60,368 nucleotides of DNA from an uncultured Candidatus Saccharibacteria bacterium. GTDB lineage: Bacteria; Patescibacteriota; Saccharimonadia; Saccharimonadales; JAGQNK01. Position numbers and translations under genes: made by a program. The stretch covers positions 1 through 60,368 of the forward strand of contig CAZWRG010000004.1 of the NCBI GenBank assembly GCA_964636355.1. The letters are read 5' to 3'. The notes beneath the pieces were generated by a model that was not told the origin of the DNA, searched no databases, and was given only the letters and a program-made list of their open reading frames with translations. Position 1 is the first letter of the stretch. The number at the start of each line of letters is the position of its first letter. Below are positions 8,370 to 17,077 of the stretch, one piece after another.

Positions 8370-8591
8370 CTAAAGACCTTTTTTAGGAAGATTTTTTATA
8401 CCTGTGCCGCCAAAAGAATTCCTACCGTAACCAGTGCTACTAACCGGCGGCTTGAAATTATCTTGGGCAAGGTACTTAAGAACACCACTGATTCCAAACA
8501 CAGATAACAGCAGTAGCCCGGAGTGCCGCAAAAACTCTTTACGAGTCATCTTTTTATTTAGAAAATTATTTATTTCTTGTTGCACGCTCAT
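8370..8591 (-). CDS. 73-aa mini-protein: Tat-like signal/anchor (MTRKEFL + Gly/Ser-rich h-region) with a GYG...FGG tail
   Basis: Paralog of 36353..36538, sharing Q.IN..L.K.MTRKEFL.H.G...L...GISGVLK.L and GYG...[FY]GG. It is the first gene of the minus-strand operon 8591..5111. Confidence 0.55.
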   Translation of the reverse strand: MSVQQEINNFLNKKMTRKEFLRHSGLLLLSVFGISGVLKYLAQDNFKPPVSSTGYGRNSFGGTGIKNLPKKGL

Positions 8592-8635
8592 TCTGCTGTC
8601 TGTTATTTAGCTTCCTTTTGTATAATGATACCATA

Positions 8636-9271
8636 ATGCTTATGAAACTGGGGCTAATTGGCAAAAAACACTACATAGCTGGGGCTTTGTTTTTTTGCCT
8701 GTTTTTTATTTTTATTTCGCAGTCTGTTTTAGCTACGCCTTACGGCAGGGGTCTGTATGGCCGCTGCCAGTATGAAACCTGTCAGATTAGTCTAGCGACT
8801 AATGGCGTTGTGGAGCTTCAGATTACACCACTTGAAGGCGGCGCATATACCATAGTTAAAGACGAAGTTGCTGCCATAACCAGTAGTAGCAAGGGTTATA
8901 ATCTGACTATTGAATCAGACTCGGAGACCGATAATACTTTAATTGGCCCTTCGGTGAATATCTCACCGGTCGCCGCCAATCCAACAACGCCAGCTCAACT
9001 CACCGCTAACCAGTGGGGATTTAGGATAGACGGCTTGGCTGGATTTGGGGCTGGCCCGACTGAGGAGGTTGTAAGTGCTCCGTCAAGTAGTCTCACTTTT
9101 GCAGCTTTGCCGCTTAAAAATTCCGGTGCGGTTATCAGAATGTGGCCATCACCCGCACCTGGTCCAGAAGGCGATGTGACCGAAGTGTGGTATGGCGTCA
9201 GAGCCGATTTTGACGTACCAGAGGGTCAGTATTCACGAACCGTAACCTACACCGCTGTAACCATTCCTTAA
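8636..9271 (+). CDS. Secreted beta-rich surface protein, WxL-domain-like (paralog of 2723..3322)
   Basis: The signal peptide ends ...SQSVLA. Blocks are SSKGYNLTIESDSE and C-terminal EGQYSRTVTYTAVTIP. TATAAT at 8621-8626 lies 9 nt before ATG 8636, so the TTG 8618 start is unlikely. Confidence 0.45.
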   Translation: MLMKLGLIGKKHYIAGALFFCLFFIFISQSVLATPYGRGLYGRCQYETCQISLATNGVVELQITPLEGGAYTIVKDEVAAITSSSKGYNLTIESDSETDNTLIGPSVNISPVAANPTTPAQLTANQWGFRIDGLAGFGAGPTEEVVSAPSSSLTFAALPLKNSGAVIRMWPSPAPGPEGDVTEVWYGVRADFDVPEGQYSRTVTYTAVTIP

Positions 9272-9331
9272 TTTCAACTTAATAGCATAAACTTTTTGAC
9301 ATTAACAGTTTACCTATAGTAACATTTTTAT

Positions 9332-10972
9332 ATGTTCAAAGGGTGGGTTAGATTATTTTCAATTGTTAGTGTGTTTTTGCTGGTGTGTAGTCTTTTTATT
9401 CCGGTCCGGGTCTGGGCAGAAGATGAGACCAGCACTAGCAAAATTTTAATTAGCTCAGTAAAAACCGATGGCGGTTCGGGTAGTGAGTTTGTCGAGCTGT
9501 ATAACCCGGGCGATTCATTAATTGATCTGTCTGGCTGGAAATTAGAGTACATCCAAGCATCCTTGGGCTTAACAGAAGATGTTTGTTCGTCGACTACTTG
9601 GTCTAGCGAGCAGCAGATATCAAAATATATTTCTTTAGATTTAGCTGGCCAGAGCATCGCTCCGCTGACTCGTTTGAAATTATTTTTATCGAGCATGAAT
9701 GATGACGCCGCTGGTGCAGTTAGATTATCGCAGTTCAAAAACCAGACTCAGCCAAATCCGGAGCTTATAATTCATGATCTTGTGGGCTGGGGAAGTGACG
9801 CTTTGCCAGCGCCATGTTCAGAACAGCAAGCGGCCAATATACCCAAAGACGCTCAAAAGCTTGAGCGCTGCGTCGATAATCATGGTTACTTTATGGATAC
9901 TAATAACAACCTTCAGGATTTTAAGATTTTAAGTGACGCAGAGGCGCTACCACAGCTTTGTGACGCCGGCCAAGATCCGGCTAATGATCCGGATTGTAGT
10001 GGCGTGGTGGTCAGCGAAGTATTGCCTAATCCTAAAGGCGATGATCAAAATAGCGAGTTTATAGAAATCTTTAATCCCACCGCAGAAACTATCAATCTTA
10101 GCGGCTGCAAATTACAAGTGGAAGGCAGTGCTAACATTTATGAATTTGAGAAGGATGAGGTTATTGAGAGCGGTCAGTTTATAGCGATTTACAGTGAAGT
10201 TTCTGGTCTGAGGCTGCCCAACGCGAGCGGCGGCACAGTGCTGATAATTAGCGGTGGTGTGGAGTATCCGTTTAGTTATCAGCCAGGATTAAAAGATGAT
10301 ATTTCGTGGGCGATGATTGATGAAAAGTGGCAAATGACTGATCGTCCTACGCCGGGATCAACTAACCTTCCGATGAGCCAAAAGCCAAGTCCGAACTCTA
10401 ATAATTCTTCTGGCTTAAAGCCATGCGCCGTCGGGAAATATCGAAACCCTGAGACCAATCGCTGCCGGAATATTGAAACAACTTCTGACTCACTAAAACC
10501 GTGCGCCGAAGGCAAGGAGCGCAATCCGGCGACTAATCGTTGCAGAAGCATTGTTGCTAGTTTATCTTCGTTGGTTCCGTGTCGTGATGGTCAGGTTCGT
10601 AACCCCGAGACCAATCGTTGCAGAAGTGTTTTGTCATCAAGTTCTTCGTTAGTTCCCTGTAAACCAGGTCAGCAGCGCAATCCAGAGACCAATCGTTGTC
10701 GCAAGATTGACTCGGATGGCAGCTCATTAAAACCATGCGCCGAAGGCCAAGAACGAAACCCCGAAACCAATCGTTGCCGTAAAGTTAAGGCTCAGCTAGC
10801 TAGCGCTGATTTTGGGTCAGAGTCAAACAACTCAAGCCCGATTAATTACGGAATATTAGCCGCGGTCGGATCGTTGGTCGCTGGTTATGGAGTTTATGAA
10901 TACAGAAATGATTTTCGAAACAAATGGCGACAAATTCGCAATCACAAATTTTTTAATAGGAGTGGGAGATGA
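9332..10972 (+). CDS. Surface protein with two lamin-tail domains (LTD), five Cys-pair repeats and a C-terminal TM anchor
   Basis: Signal peptide present. LTD signatures are ILISSVKTDGGSGSEFVELYNPGDSLIDLSGWKL and VVSEVLPNPKGDDQNSEFIEIFNPTAETINLSGCKL. The unit L(K/V)PC..G..RNP(E/A)TNRCR occurs five times. Confidence 0.7.
   Translation: MFKGWVRLFSIVSVFLLVCSLFIPVRVWAEDETSTSKILISSVKTDGGSGSEFVELYNPGDSLIDLSGWKLEYIQASLGLTEDVCSSTTWSSEQQISKYISLDLAGQSIAPLTRLKLFLSSMNDDAAGAVRLSQFKNQTQPNPELIIHDLVGWGSDALPAPCSEQQAANIPKDAQKLERCVDNHGYFMDTNNNLQDFKILSDAEALPQLCDAGQDPANDPDCSGVVVSEVLPNPKGDDQNSEFIEIFNPTAETINLSGCKLQVEGSANIYEFEKDEVIESGQFIAIYSEVSGLRLPNASGGTVLIISGGVEYPFSYQPGLKDDISWAMIDEKWQMTDRPTPGSTNLPMSQKPSPNSNNSSGLKPCAVGKYRNPETNRCRNIETTSDSLKPCAEGKERNPATNRCRSIVASLSSLVPCRDGQVRNPETNRCRSVLSSSSSLVPCKPGQQRNPETNRCRKIDSDGSSLKPCAEGQERNPETNRCRKVKAQLASADFGSESNNSSPINYGILAAVGSLVAGYGVYEYRNDFRNKWRQIRNHKFFNRSGR
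10415..10786 (+). repeat. Five in-frame coding repeats of about 75-80 nt (LKPCAxGxxRNPETNRCRxI plus a Ser-rich linker)
   Basis: Read directly. The core ...AACCC(T/C/A)GAGACCAATCG(C/T)TG(C/T)... recurs at regular spacing inside CDS 9332..10972. Confidence 0.9.
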
Positions 10973-13900
10973 AGTATAAACAAAAATTATCTTATCTGAT
11001 TTTGGTGGTCGCGGCAGTAATTGGCGGGCTGTCGATGCTGGCAATTTTGAGCTCTAGCAGCTTGGCGCAGACAGAAGCTGAGTCGTGGTTAGCCGAAGGC
11101 GACCCAAGTTTAGATATCCGCGAGATAAGCCCTAGCTATAGCCCGCCTTACTCGACTAACTACAACACAGATTGTGATACAAGAAGTTTTAATGTAGTTA
11201 TTAGAGAGGCTAGAACTTTCCCCTTGCCTAGACTAACTGAAAAACGACATACCTCTAATTGCGCGGTCATGACAGCCAGGGGTATGGCGGATAGTGAATA
11301 TCTTGACGCGGGAGAGCCAGCCGGTAAGTTTACAGGTATGGCTGGTCGCATAAATCCGATACCAAATTCTTTCACGCTGCTGGCTCTTCATACTCAAATC
11401 AATAGCATTTCACTAAAAGCGACGTTTTTTGAGACTATTGTTCCTGAGGAAAATCTAAATAATGGAGAACTGTATTACAAGGTTCGCAACCCCAGTTCGC
11501 TACTGGCCGCTGATGGCAAAGAATACACTATCAGGCCGAGCTCGTATGCCTTTTCTCGTAATGGTAACTGGATGATAGCCGAGTCAAATGGACTTGGATA
11601 TATCAGAATTAACATTAACACCAAAGAGGTTAGGCCGTTTGGACCAAGAGTTAGTCCTTCTTCAGGCAGTATGAACAAGTATGTGGCTATATCTGAAGAC
11701 GGAAGATTTGCAGCAGTAGCTTTATCTGGCGGAAGATTTAAGGTTTACGATATCGCTGCCTGCGACACTGATCCATCGGTAACTGCTAACTGTCCTCATA
11801 AGGATATCGAACCAGTACTTAAGGAGCAGCTACCTGGGTATTCCTTAAGCTACTATATTCGGTTTGCCTCATCAGAGATGTTGACTTTCGTAGCAAGCGC
11901 CCGAGATCAAGAGGGAGTTCTTCATAAATATCGTGTTCGAATGGCGCCAAGCGGTCACGAGATCAAAAAAGTTAATTATCTGGCGCTTGGCGATAGTTTT
12001 AGCAGTGGCGAGGGAGCTTATGATTACGAACCTGGTACTGATGAACCCGAAAATATGTGTCATTTGAGTCGCAGCAGCTACCCTTATTTAGTGGCTGGAA
12101 ATTTAGGTTTTGATGATTTTAAGAGTGCGGCCTGCAGCGGCGCCAAGTCAAATCACTATTACATAGATGCACAATCAAGGACTCTAGTGCCATCATACAT
12201 ATTGCCAGGTGAAATCGGACAAAGGCAGTACCTAGAAAGACACCACCCAAATGTCGTAACTATTTCTATGATAGGCAATGACATCGGCTTTAGTAATAAA
12301 TTGACAAAATGTATAGCCGGGGCTGATTCATGTTTTCACTTTCGAGAAGACAGGCAAAGTGTCGCGGCTGAGATAGCAGACAAGTTCGACACTTTAGTAA
12401 ATATGTATAAAAACATAAAAGAAAGTGTGAATAACGAGGACATAAAAATCTATGTTTTGGGATATCCGCAGTTGTTTAATCCAGACTTGGATGAGTGCGG
12501 TTTAAATGTCCGGCTTGATAAAGAGGAGCGCAAATTCTCAAGAGGTTTAGTTTCATACCTTAATGCAGTTATAAAAGCCGCCACTCAAAAAGCTGGCGTT
12601 ATGTATATAGATGTTCAGGATGCTTTTGATGGTTATTTGCTTTGCGATCCGGCACAAAAGGCAGTAAACGGGCTTACGGCTGGCGGTGATATGTTAAAGG
12701 TCATCGGCAATGAAAGTTATCATCCCAATTCATTTGGGCATCAGTTATTCGCGGCGGCGCTGGAGGAGCAGTCTTTAGGTCTTTCAATTGAGATGCCGCT
12801 GCCTGATGAAACAAAAACCGCGCCCGGAGAAAACAGTGCTGAATATCAAGAATTGCTTGGTGATGCGCCGTGGGGCAGTAATTTTAAGAGGTTAAAATAT
12901 ACATCTTTAAGTGGTCTAGACCTAGTGGTTCGCGGGAAAAATATGGCTATCAACCAGCTTGATAATTTCATGCCTGATACGCCAGTAGATATTTGGTTCT
13001 ATTCTGAGCCAGTTCATGCCGGTTCATTGCAAAGCGATGAACGGGGCTTTATAAACGGAGAGGTGACAGTGCCTTCGTCCTTGCCGCCAGGCTTTCATAC
13101 TATTCATATAGTGGGCAAAGATTTAGCCAACAAAGAACAAGTGCTATATAAAACGATTTATGTAGCGGCCAGTGAAGAAGATTATGATGGTGACGGAGTT
13201 TTGAACTCCGATGAACAATGTTTAGCGGTTGAACCATCGGGTGAAGATATAGATAGAGACGGTGTTGATGATGCCTGTGATGGAGAGATTACGGACCCGC
13301 CTGCTGACTCCACTCCACCGATAGTCACCGGCATGCCTGAGCGACAGCCAAACAGCGAGGGTTGGTATAACAAAGAGGTTGCTATTAATTGGGATGCTTA
13401 TGATCCCGAGCCAAGTAGCGGGCAGCCATCGCAGCCTGAGCCAACCATTGCCTCTAAAGAAGGCGTGCATATTTATCAAAGCTCTGAAAGCTGCGATCCT
13501 CTGCAGAACTGTTCTACTGGTCAAATTGAAATATCTTTGGATAAAACAGCGCCAGAAATAGTCGATTTAGCCCTAGCTAGTAAAACCAAAAATGAATCAG
13601 TGAAGGTTAACTTAAAGGTAGTAGATACGGTGTCTGGCCCTAGCTCGGCGGAATATTATATCGGTGAAATTGATCCCGGAGTGGGCCAAGGAATTCCACT
13701 AAATATTGAAGAAGGTCAGGAAGACGTAGTGGCTGAGTTTGAGCTGAGCCCAGGGTTACACGTCGTGACTTTTAGAGCTAAAGACAAAGCTGGAAATTGG
13801 AGCAAGGAGAAGCAGCTTGAAGTTGCCATAGAAGGCTCAAGTCAGTTGCGGATAATTGGCGCAGGAGTTGTTTTGCCAGTTTTTCAAGATAATAATTTTC

Positions 13901-14292
13901 GAGGTATCGAGCACTTTCAGATTAACTTAAATACTGCCCAGGATTACTCTGGCCGGCACAATACTTTTAAATTTAAAAGAGAGGCTAGCATACTTTGTCG
14001 TATATTTACGCCCTCTAATGATTGCGGCAAACTAGAGCTGAAAATGACAGCCCTGGAGTGGTTAGTTCCAGCAGGCGACAGCCAAGATCTTATAGTGCAG
14101 GGTATTGGTAGTTTAAGCGCAGACGGACAAAAAACCACATCAAGATTTAGGATGTTTATCAAAAATCGATTGACGATTTTTGATAGTAGAATTTTGCTTC
14201 GGATCTACCACATTAATGACACGCCCCTAACTGACCAGCCGCTAAGCCAAATAGATAGAGAAAACATACTTGGCGGCATTGTTGTCCTGTGA
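10969..14292 (+). CDS. 1107-aa secreted multidomain protein: N-terminal beta-rich region, SGNH/GDSL hydrolase, thrombospondin-type-3-like Ca-binding repeats, Ig-like domains
   Basis: Signal peptide present. SGNH blocks are YLALGDSFSSGEGA, GNDIGFS and SYHPNSFGH. DYDGDGVLNSDEQC...DIDRDGVDDACD are Asp-rich calcium-type repeats. The start overlaps the upstream stop as ATGA. Confidence 0.6.
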   Translation: MKYKQKLSYLILVVAAVIGGLSMLAILSSSSLAQTEAESWLAEGDPSLDIREISPSYSPPYSTNYNTDCDTRSFNVVIREARTFPLPRLTEKRHTSNCAVMTARGMADSEYLDAGEPAGKFTGMAGRINPIPNSFTLLALHTQINSISLKATFFETIVPEENLNNGELYYKVRNPSSLLAADGKEYTIRPSSYAFSRNGNWMIAESNGLGYIRININTKEVRPFGPRVSPSSGSMNKYVAISEDGRFAAVALSGGRFKVYDIAACDTDPSVTANCPHKDIEPVLKEQLPGYSLSYYIRFASSEMLTFVASARDQEGVLHKYRVRMAPSGHEIKKVNYLALGDSFSSGEGAYDYEPGTDEPENMCHLSRSSYPYLVAGNLGFDDFKSAACSGAKSNHYYIDAQSRTLVPSYILPGEIGQRQYLERHHPNVVTISMIGNDIGFSNKLTKCIAGADSCFHFREDRQSVAAEIADKFDTLVNMYKNIKESVNNEDIKIYVLGYPQLFNPDLDECGLNVRLDKEERKFSRGLVSYLNAVIKAATQKAGVMYIDVQDAFDGYLLCDPAQKAVNGLTAGGDMLKVIGNESYHPNSFGHQLFAAALEEQSLGLSIEMPLPDETKTAPGENSAEYQELLGDAPWGSNFKRLKYTSLSGLDLVVRGKNMAINQLDNFMPDTPVDIWFYSEPVHAGSLQSDERGFINGEVTVPSSLPPGFHTIHIVGKDLANKEQVLYKTIYVAASEEDYDGDGVLNSDEQCLAVEPSGEDIDRDGVDDACDGEITDPPADSTPPIVTGMPERQPNSEGWYNKEVAINWDAYDPEPSSGQPSQPEPTIASKEGVHIYQSSESCDPLQNCSTGQIEISLDKTAPEIVDLALASKTKNESVKVNLKVVDTVSGPSSAEYYIGEIDPGVGQGIPLNIEEGQEDVVAEFELSPGLHVVTFRAKDKAGNWSKEKQLEVAIEGSSQLRIIGAGVVLPVFQDNNFRGIEHFQINLNTAQDYSGRHNTFKFKREASILCRIFTPSNDCGKLELKMTALEWLVPAGDSQDLIVQGIGSLSADGQKTTSRFRMFIKNRLTIFDSRILLRIYHINDTPLTDQPLSQIDRENILGGIVVL

Positions 14293-14332
14293 AATTTAAT
14301 GAATTCATAAAATAAGGAGTACACTTAAAGGG

Positions 14333-14887
14333 ATGAAAAAAACAATAAAAAACAACAAACGTATCCTGATTATATTAGGAGTAATAATTATCCTACTGGC
14401 GGCGTGGTTTATTTTTAATGCTTACAACCGCACGCAGGATAAAGCTCGTTTTCAACAAGCCGAAGAGGTCAAAGCTCAGGTTGCGTCAGAGCTAGTTGCT
14501 TATCTTGGAGATAACGTTACGAGTGTTTCAGAGAAGAATGAATGTTTTAATACAGAGCAAGGGCCGTTTGATAATGGAAGGCTCTGGTGTCAAGCAAGCA
14601 CAATTATTCAATTAAATGACAATATTGAATTTATTTCTGTAGGCAGTGTTTTTTTGAAAAGCGATCACGATTTAATAAAAGAGTCACAGTACGGTGGAGA
14701 GGGTGACTGGCTGAATTACACAATTACTTTACATAATGGTATAGGCTGTAATCTAGCGACTATTACAGAGGATGGAAAGTATACGGGTTCCGCTAGGCGT
14801 AATGTTTTGTACGGCAAAAGCAACGCTTCTGTCTCTGTTGCTTGTTCGGATCGGGCTAAGGCAAAACATTATCCTTATTCTGAATAA
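14333..14887 (+). CDS. N-terminally anchored extracytoplasmic four-Cys protein (hypothetical)
   Basis: TM helix RILIILGVIIILLAAWFIF and an SD (AAGGAG region). It shares the FNTE(Q/K) block and Cys spacing with 50519..51145. Confidence 0.4.
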   Translation: MKKTIKNNKRILIILGVIIILLAAWFIFNAYNRTQDKARFQQAEEVKAQVASELVAYLGDNVTSVSEKNECFNTEQGPFDNGRLWCQASTIIQLNDNIEFISVGSVFLKSDHDLIKESQYGGEGDWLNYTITLHNGIGCNLATITEDGKYTGSARRNVLYGKSNASVSVACSDRAKAKHYPYSE

Positions 14888-14920
14888 TTAGCAGAATACC
14901 TTACTGCTATACTTAAAGTT

Positions 14921-15403
14921 ATGAGAATTCTTGGAGTTGATCCGGGTACTGGGTTGCTTGGCTTTGGGGTGATTGATTATCAGCCTGGAGGCAACATTAA
15001 CTTAGTGGACGGCGGAGTTATAAAAACACCAGCTAATTCACCGGACAGCGATCGGCTGTTTACTATTTACAAAGAATTAACCGAGATCATAAAAACCCAT
15101 AAGCCGGATGCAATGTCGGTAGAAAAGCTATTCTTCGCCAAGAACGTTACCACAGCAATGAGCGTCAGTCAGGCACGCGGCGTTGTGCTTTTATGTGGTA
15201 AGCAAAACAGTCTGGATTTGGCTGAATATACGCCCTTACAAATCAAACAAGCTTTGACTGGCTATGGTCGAGCCGAAAAGAAGCAAATTCAAGAAATGGT
15301 TAGAGTGCTTCTAAGGCTCAAAGAAACCCCCAAGCCAGATGACTGCGCTGATGCGCTTGCTGCCGCCATAACCCATTCGATGACCCTCAGATACTCTGGT
15401 TAG
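14921..15403 (+). CDS. ruvC: Holliday junction resolvase RuvC
   Basis: MRILGVDPGTG...EKLFFAKNVTTAMSVSQARGV...ADALAAAI. It is followed by ruvA and ruvB. Confidence 0.93.
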   Translation: MRILGVDPGTGLLGFGVIDYQPGGNINLVDGGVIKTPANSPDSDRLFTIYKELTEIIKTHKPDAMSVEKLFFAKNVTTAMSVSQARGVVLLCGKQNSLDLAEYTPLQIKQALTGYGRAEKKQIQEMVRVLLRLKETPKPDDCADALAAAITHSMTLRYSG

Positions 15404-15440
15404 ACGCCACCGCTTGCGCCCAGAGGGTGGTATACTGGTT

Positions 15441-16019
15441 ATGATGATTGCAACACTTTCTGGAATAGTAAGCGAAAAACTGTCCGATGTCATTGTGTTG
15501 GACGTTGGAGGCGTTGGCTATGGTCTGTTTGTGACGCTTGATGACAACTCCAAAATACTGCTTAATGAGCCAGCCAAGTTTTATATCTATGAGCATATTC
15601 GTGAGCAGTCGCACGATTTATATGGTTTTTCATCGCTAAGCACTAAGCAGTTGTTTGAGCAGTTAATCGGTGTAAAAAACGTTGGTCCGAAGGTTGCTAT
15701 GGCGGTACTTGATATAGGCAACGCTGATACAGTCCGAATTGCGATAGCCAGCGGTGATGTAAAGCTGCTAAAAAGTGCCAAGGGTGTCGGCAAGCGTGCC
15801 GCCGAGCAAATGGTGGTTGAACTTCGGGATAAGGTTGGCGCTCCAGTGGGCGATGCCGCCGAAGATCTGATCAGTCGCGGCGGAATAAATCTAAATGACG
15901 AAGCGATGCAGGCTCTAATGGCGCTTGGTTACACCGAAAGTGATGCAGCAGCAGCGTTGTCCAAGATAGATGAAGCCTTAAGCACCGAAGACCGAATTAA
16001 ACAGGCATTAAAGGGTTAG
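15441..16019 (+). CDS. ruvA: Holliday junction DNA helicase subunit RuvA
   Basis: MMIATLSGIV...; the HhH region is KNVGPKVAMAVL and the C-terminal domain is ALMALGYTESDAAAAL. The ORF extends to 15414, but the canonical N-terminus starts at 15441/15444. Confidence 0.9.
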   Translation: MMIATLSGIVSEKLSDVIVLDVGGVGYGLFVTLDDNSKILLNEPAKFYIYEHIREQSHDLYGFSSLSTKQLFEQLIGVKNVGPKVAMAVLDIGNADTVRIAIASGDVKLLKSAKGVGKRAAEQMVVELRDKVGAPVGDAAEDLISRGGINLNDEAMQALMALGYTESDAAAALSKIDEALSTEDRIKQALKG

Positions 16020-16025
16020 TGAATA

Positions 16026-17066
16026 ATGGCGATTGAGCGAATAATTCATACCACTACAGATGATAACGATCCGGCTGAGGTTGAGCTGGAGATCACGCTG
16101 CGGCCTAAAGATTTTGCAAATTACATTGGTCAGGAGCGTTTAAAGCAAAATCTAAGGTTATCAATTGAGGCAGCTAAAAAGCGCGGCGAACCGTTGGATC
16201 ACATTTTGTTGTTTGGTCCGCCGGGACTTGGTAAGACCACCATGGCCAGCGTGATTGCCAATGAAATGGGCGCCCAAATCAGAGTAACTTCCGGTCCGGC
16301 GATTGAGAGGGCTGGTGATCTGGCTAGCCTGCTAACCAATCTTCAGGACGGCGACATTTTGTTTATCGATGAAATTCATCGGTTGCATCGCAGTGTTGAA
16401 GAAGTTCTGTATAGCGCCATGGAAGATTACAAAATTGATATTATGCTTGGCAAAGGTCCAAGCGCCAGAAGCCTGCGGTTGGACGTGCCTAAATTCACCT
16501 TGATTGGAGCGACAACCAGAACCGGAGCTTTAGCAGCGCCTCTTCGGGATCGGTTTGGCATGATTCACCGCCTGGAGTTTTATAAGCCAGAGGAAATTTC
16601 TAAAATTATCATTCGCGCGGCCGATATTTTAAATAGCAAAATTCATCCTAAGTCTGCAGATTTATTGTCTACTCGAGCCCGCTTAACACCGCGGATCGCT
16701 AACCGATTACTGAAGCGAACTCGTGATTATGCTGACGTAAATGGTGATGGAATCATTGACCAGGAAATAACCACCGCGGCTTTAAACTTGCTGGAGATTG
16801 ATGAGCTGGGGTTGGATGCAGCTGACAGGCATCTTTTGGAGCGAATGATCGAAAATTACAATCAAAATCCGGTGGGGCTAAATACTTTAGCGGCACTTAC
16901 GGGTGATGAGCCAACCACCATTGAAGACTTTTATGAGCCATACTTATTACAAGTGGGATTAATTGAGCGAACCCCGAGGGGTAGGCGAGTGACTGATAAG
17001 GCGTTTAGGCATCTTGGCATCAAGCAGCAAAAAACTAACCGCAATAATCAGACGCCTCTGTTATAA
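16026..17066 (+). CDS. ruvB: Holliday junction DNA helicase RuvB
   Basis: [19 protein letters not shown], Walker [10 protein letters not shown] and [10 protein letters not shown]. Confidence 0.97.
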   Translation: MAIERIIHTTTDDNDPAEVELEITLRPKDFANYIGQERLKQNLRLSIEAAKKRGEPLDHILLFGPPGLGKTTMASVIANEMGAQIRVTSGPAIERAGDLASLLTNLQDGDILFIDEIHRLHRSVEEVLYSAMEDYKIDIMLGKGPSARSLRLDVPKFTLIGATTRTGALAAPLRDRFGMIHRLEFYKPEEISKIIIRAADILNSKIHPKSADLLSTRARLTPRIANRLLKRTRDYADVNGDGIIDQEITTAALNLLEIDELGLDAADRHLLERMIENYNQNPVGLNTLAALTGDEPTTIEDFYEPYLLQVGLIERTPRGRRVTDKAFRHLGIKQQKTNRNNQTPLL

Positions 17067-17077
17067 TAATATTTAAT

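Noticed and set aside
8289-8507. A 72-aa plus-strand ORF overlapping the 73-aa minus-strand mini-protein gene.
   Set aside because: The minus-strand ORF has a clear paralog at 36353-36538 with conserved motifs. The plus-strand ORF starts inside the 817-aa gene's start region and has no paralog or SD.
5111-8591. Possible prophage, because of the tail-fibre-like gene.
   Set aside because: No capsid, portal, terminase, tape-measure, baseplate, lysis or integrase genes lie within 8 kb on either side. The flanks are surface-protein genes. I treat it as an orphan or domesticated module rather than a prophage.
10415-10786. Regularly spaced roughly 75-80-nt repeats that could be mistaken for a CRISPR array or minisatellite.
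   Set aside because: The repeats and their spacers are all in frame inside CDS 9332-10972 and translate to the Cys-pair motif plus Ser-rich linkers. There is no palindromic repeat core and no cas gene.
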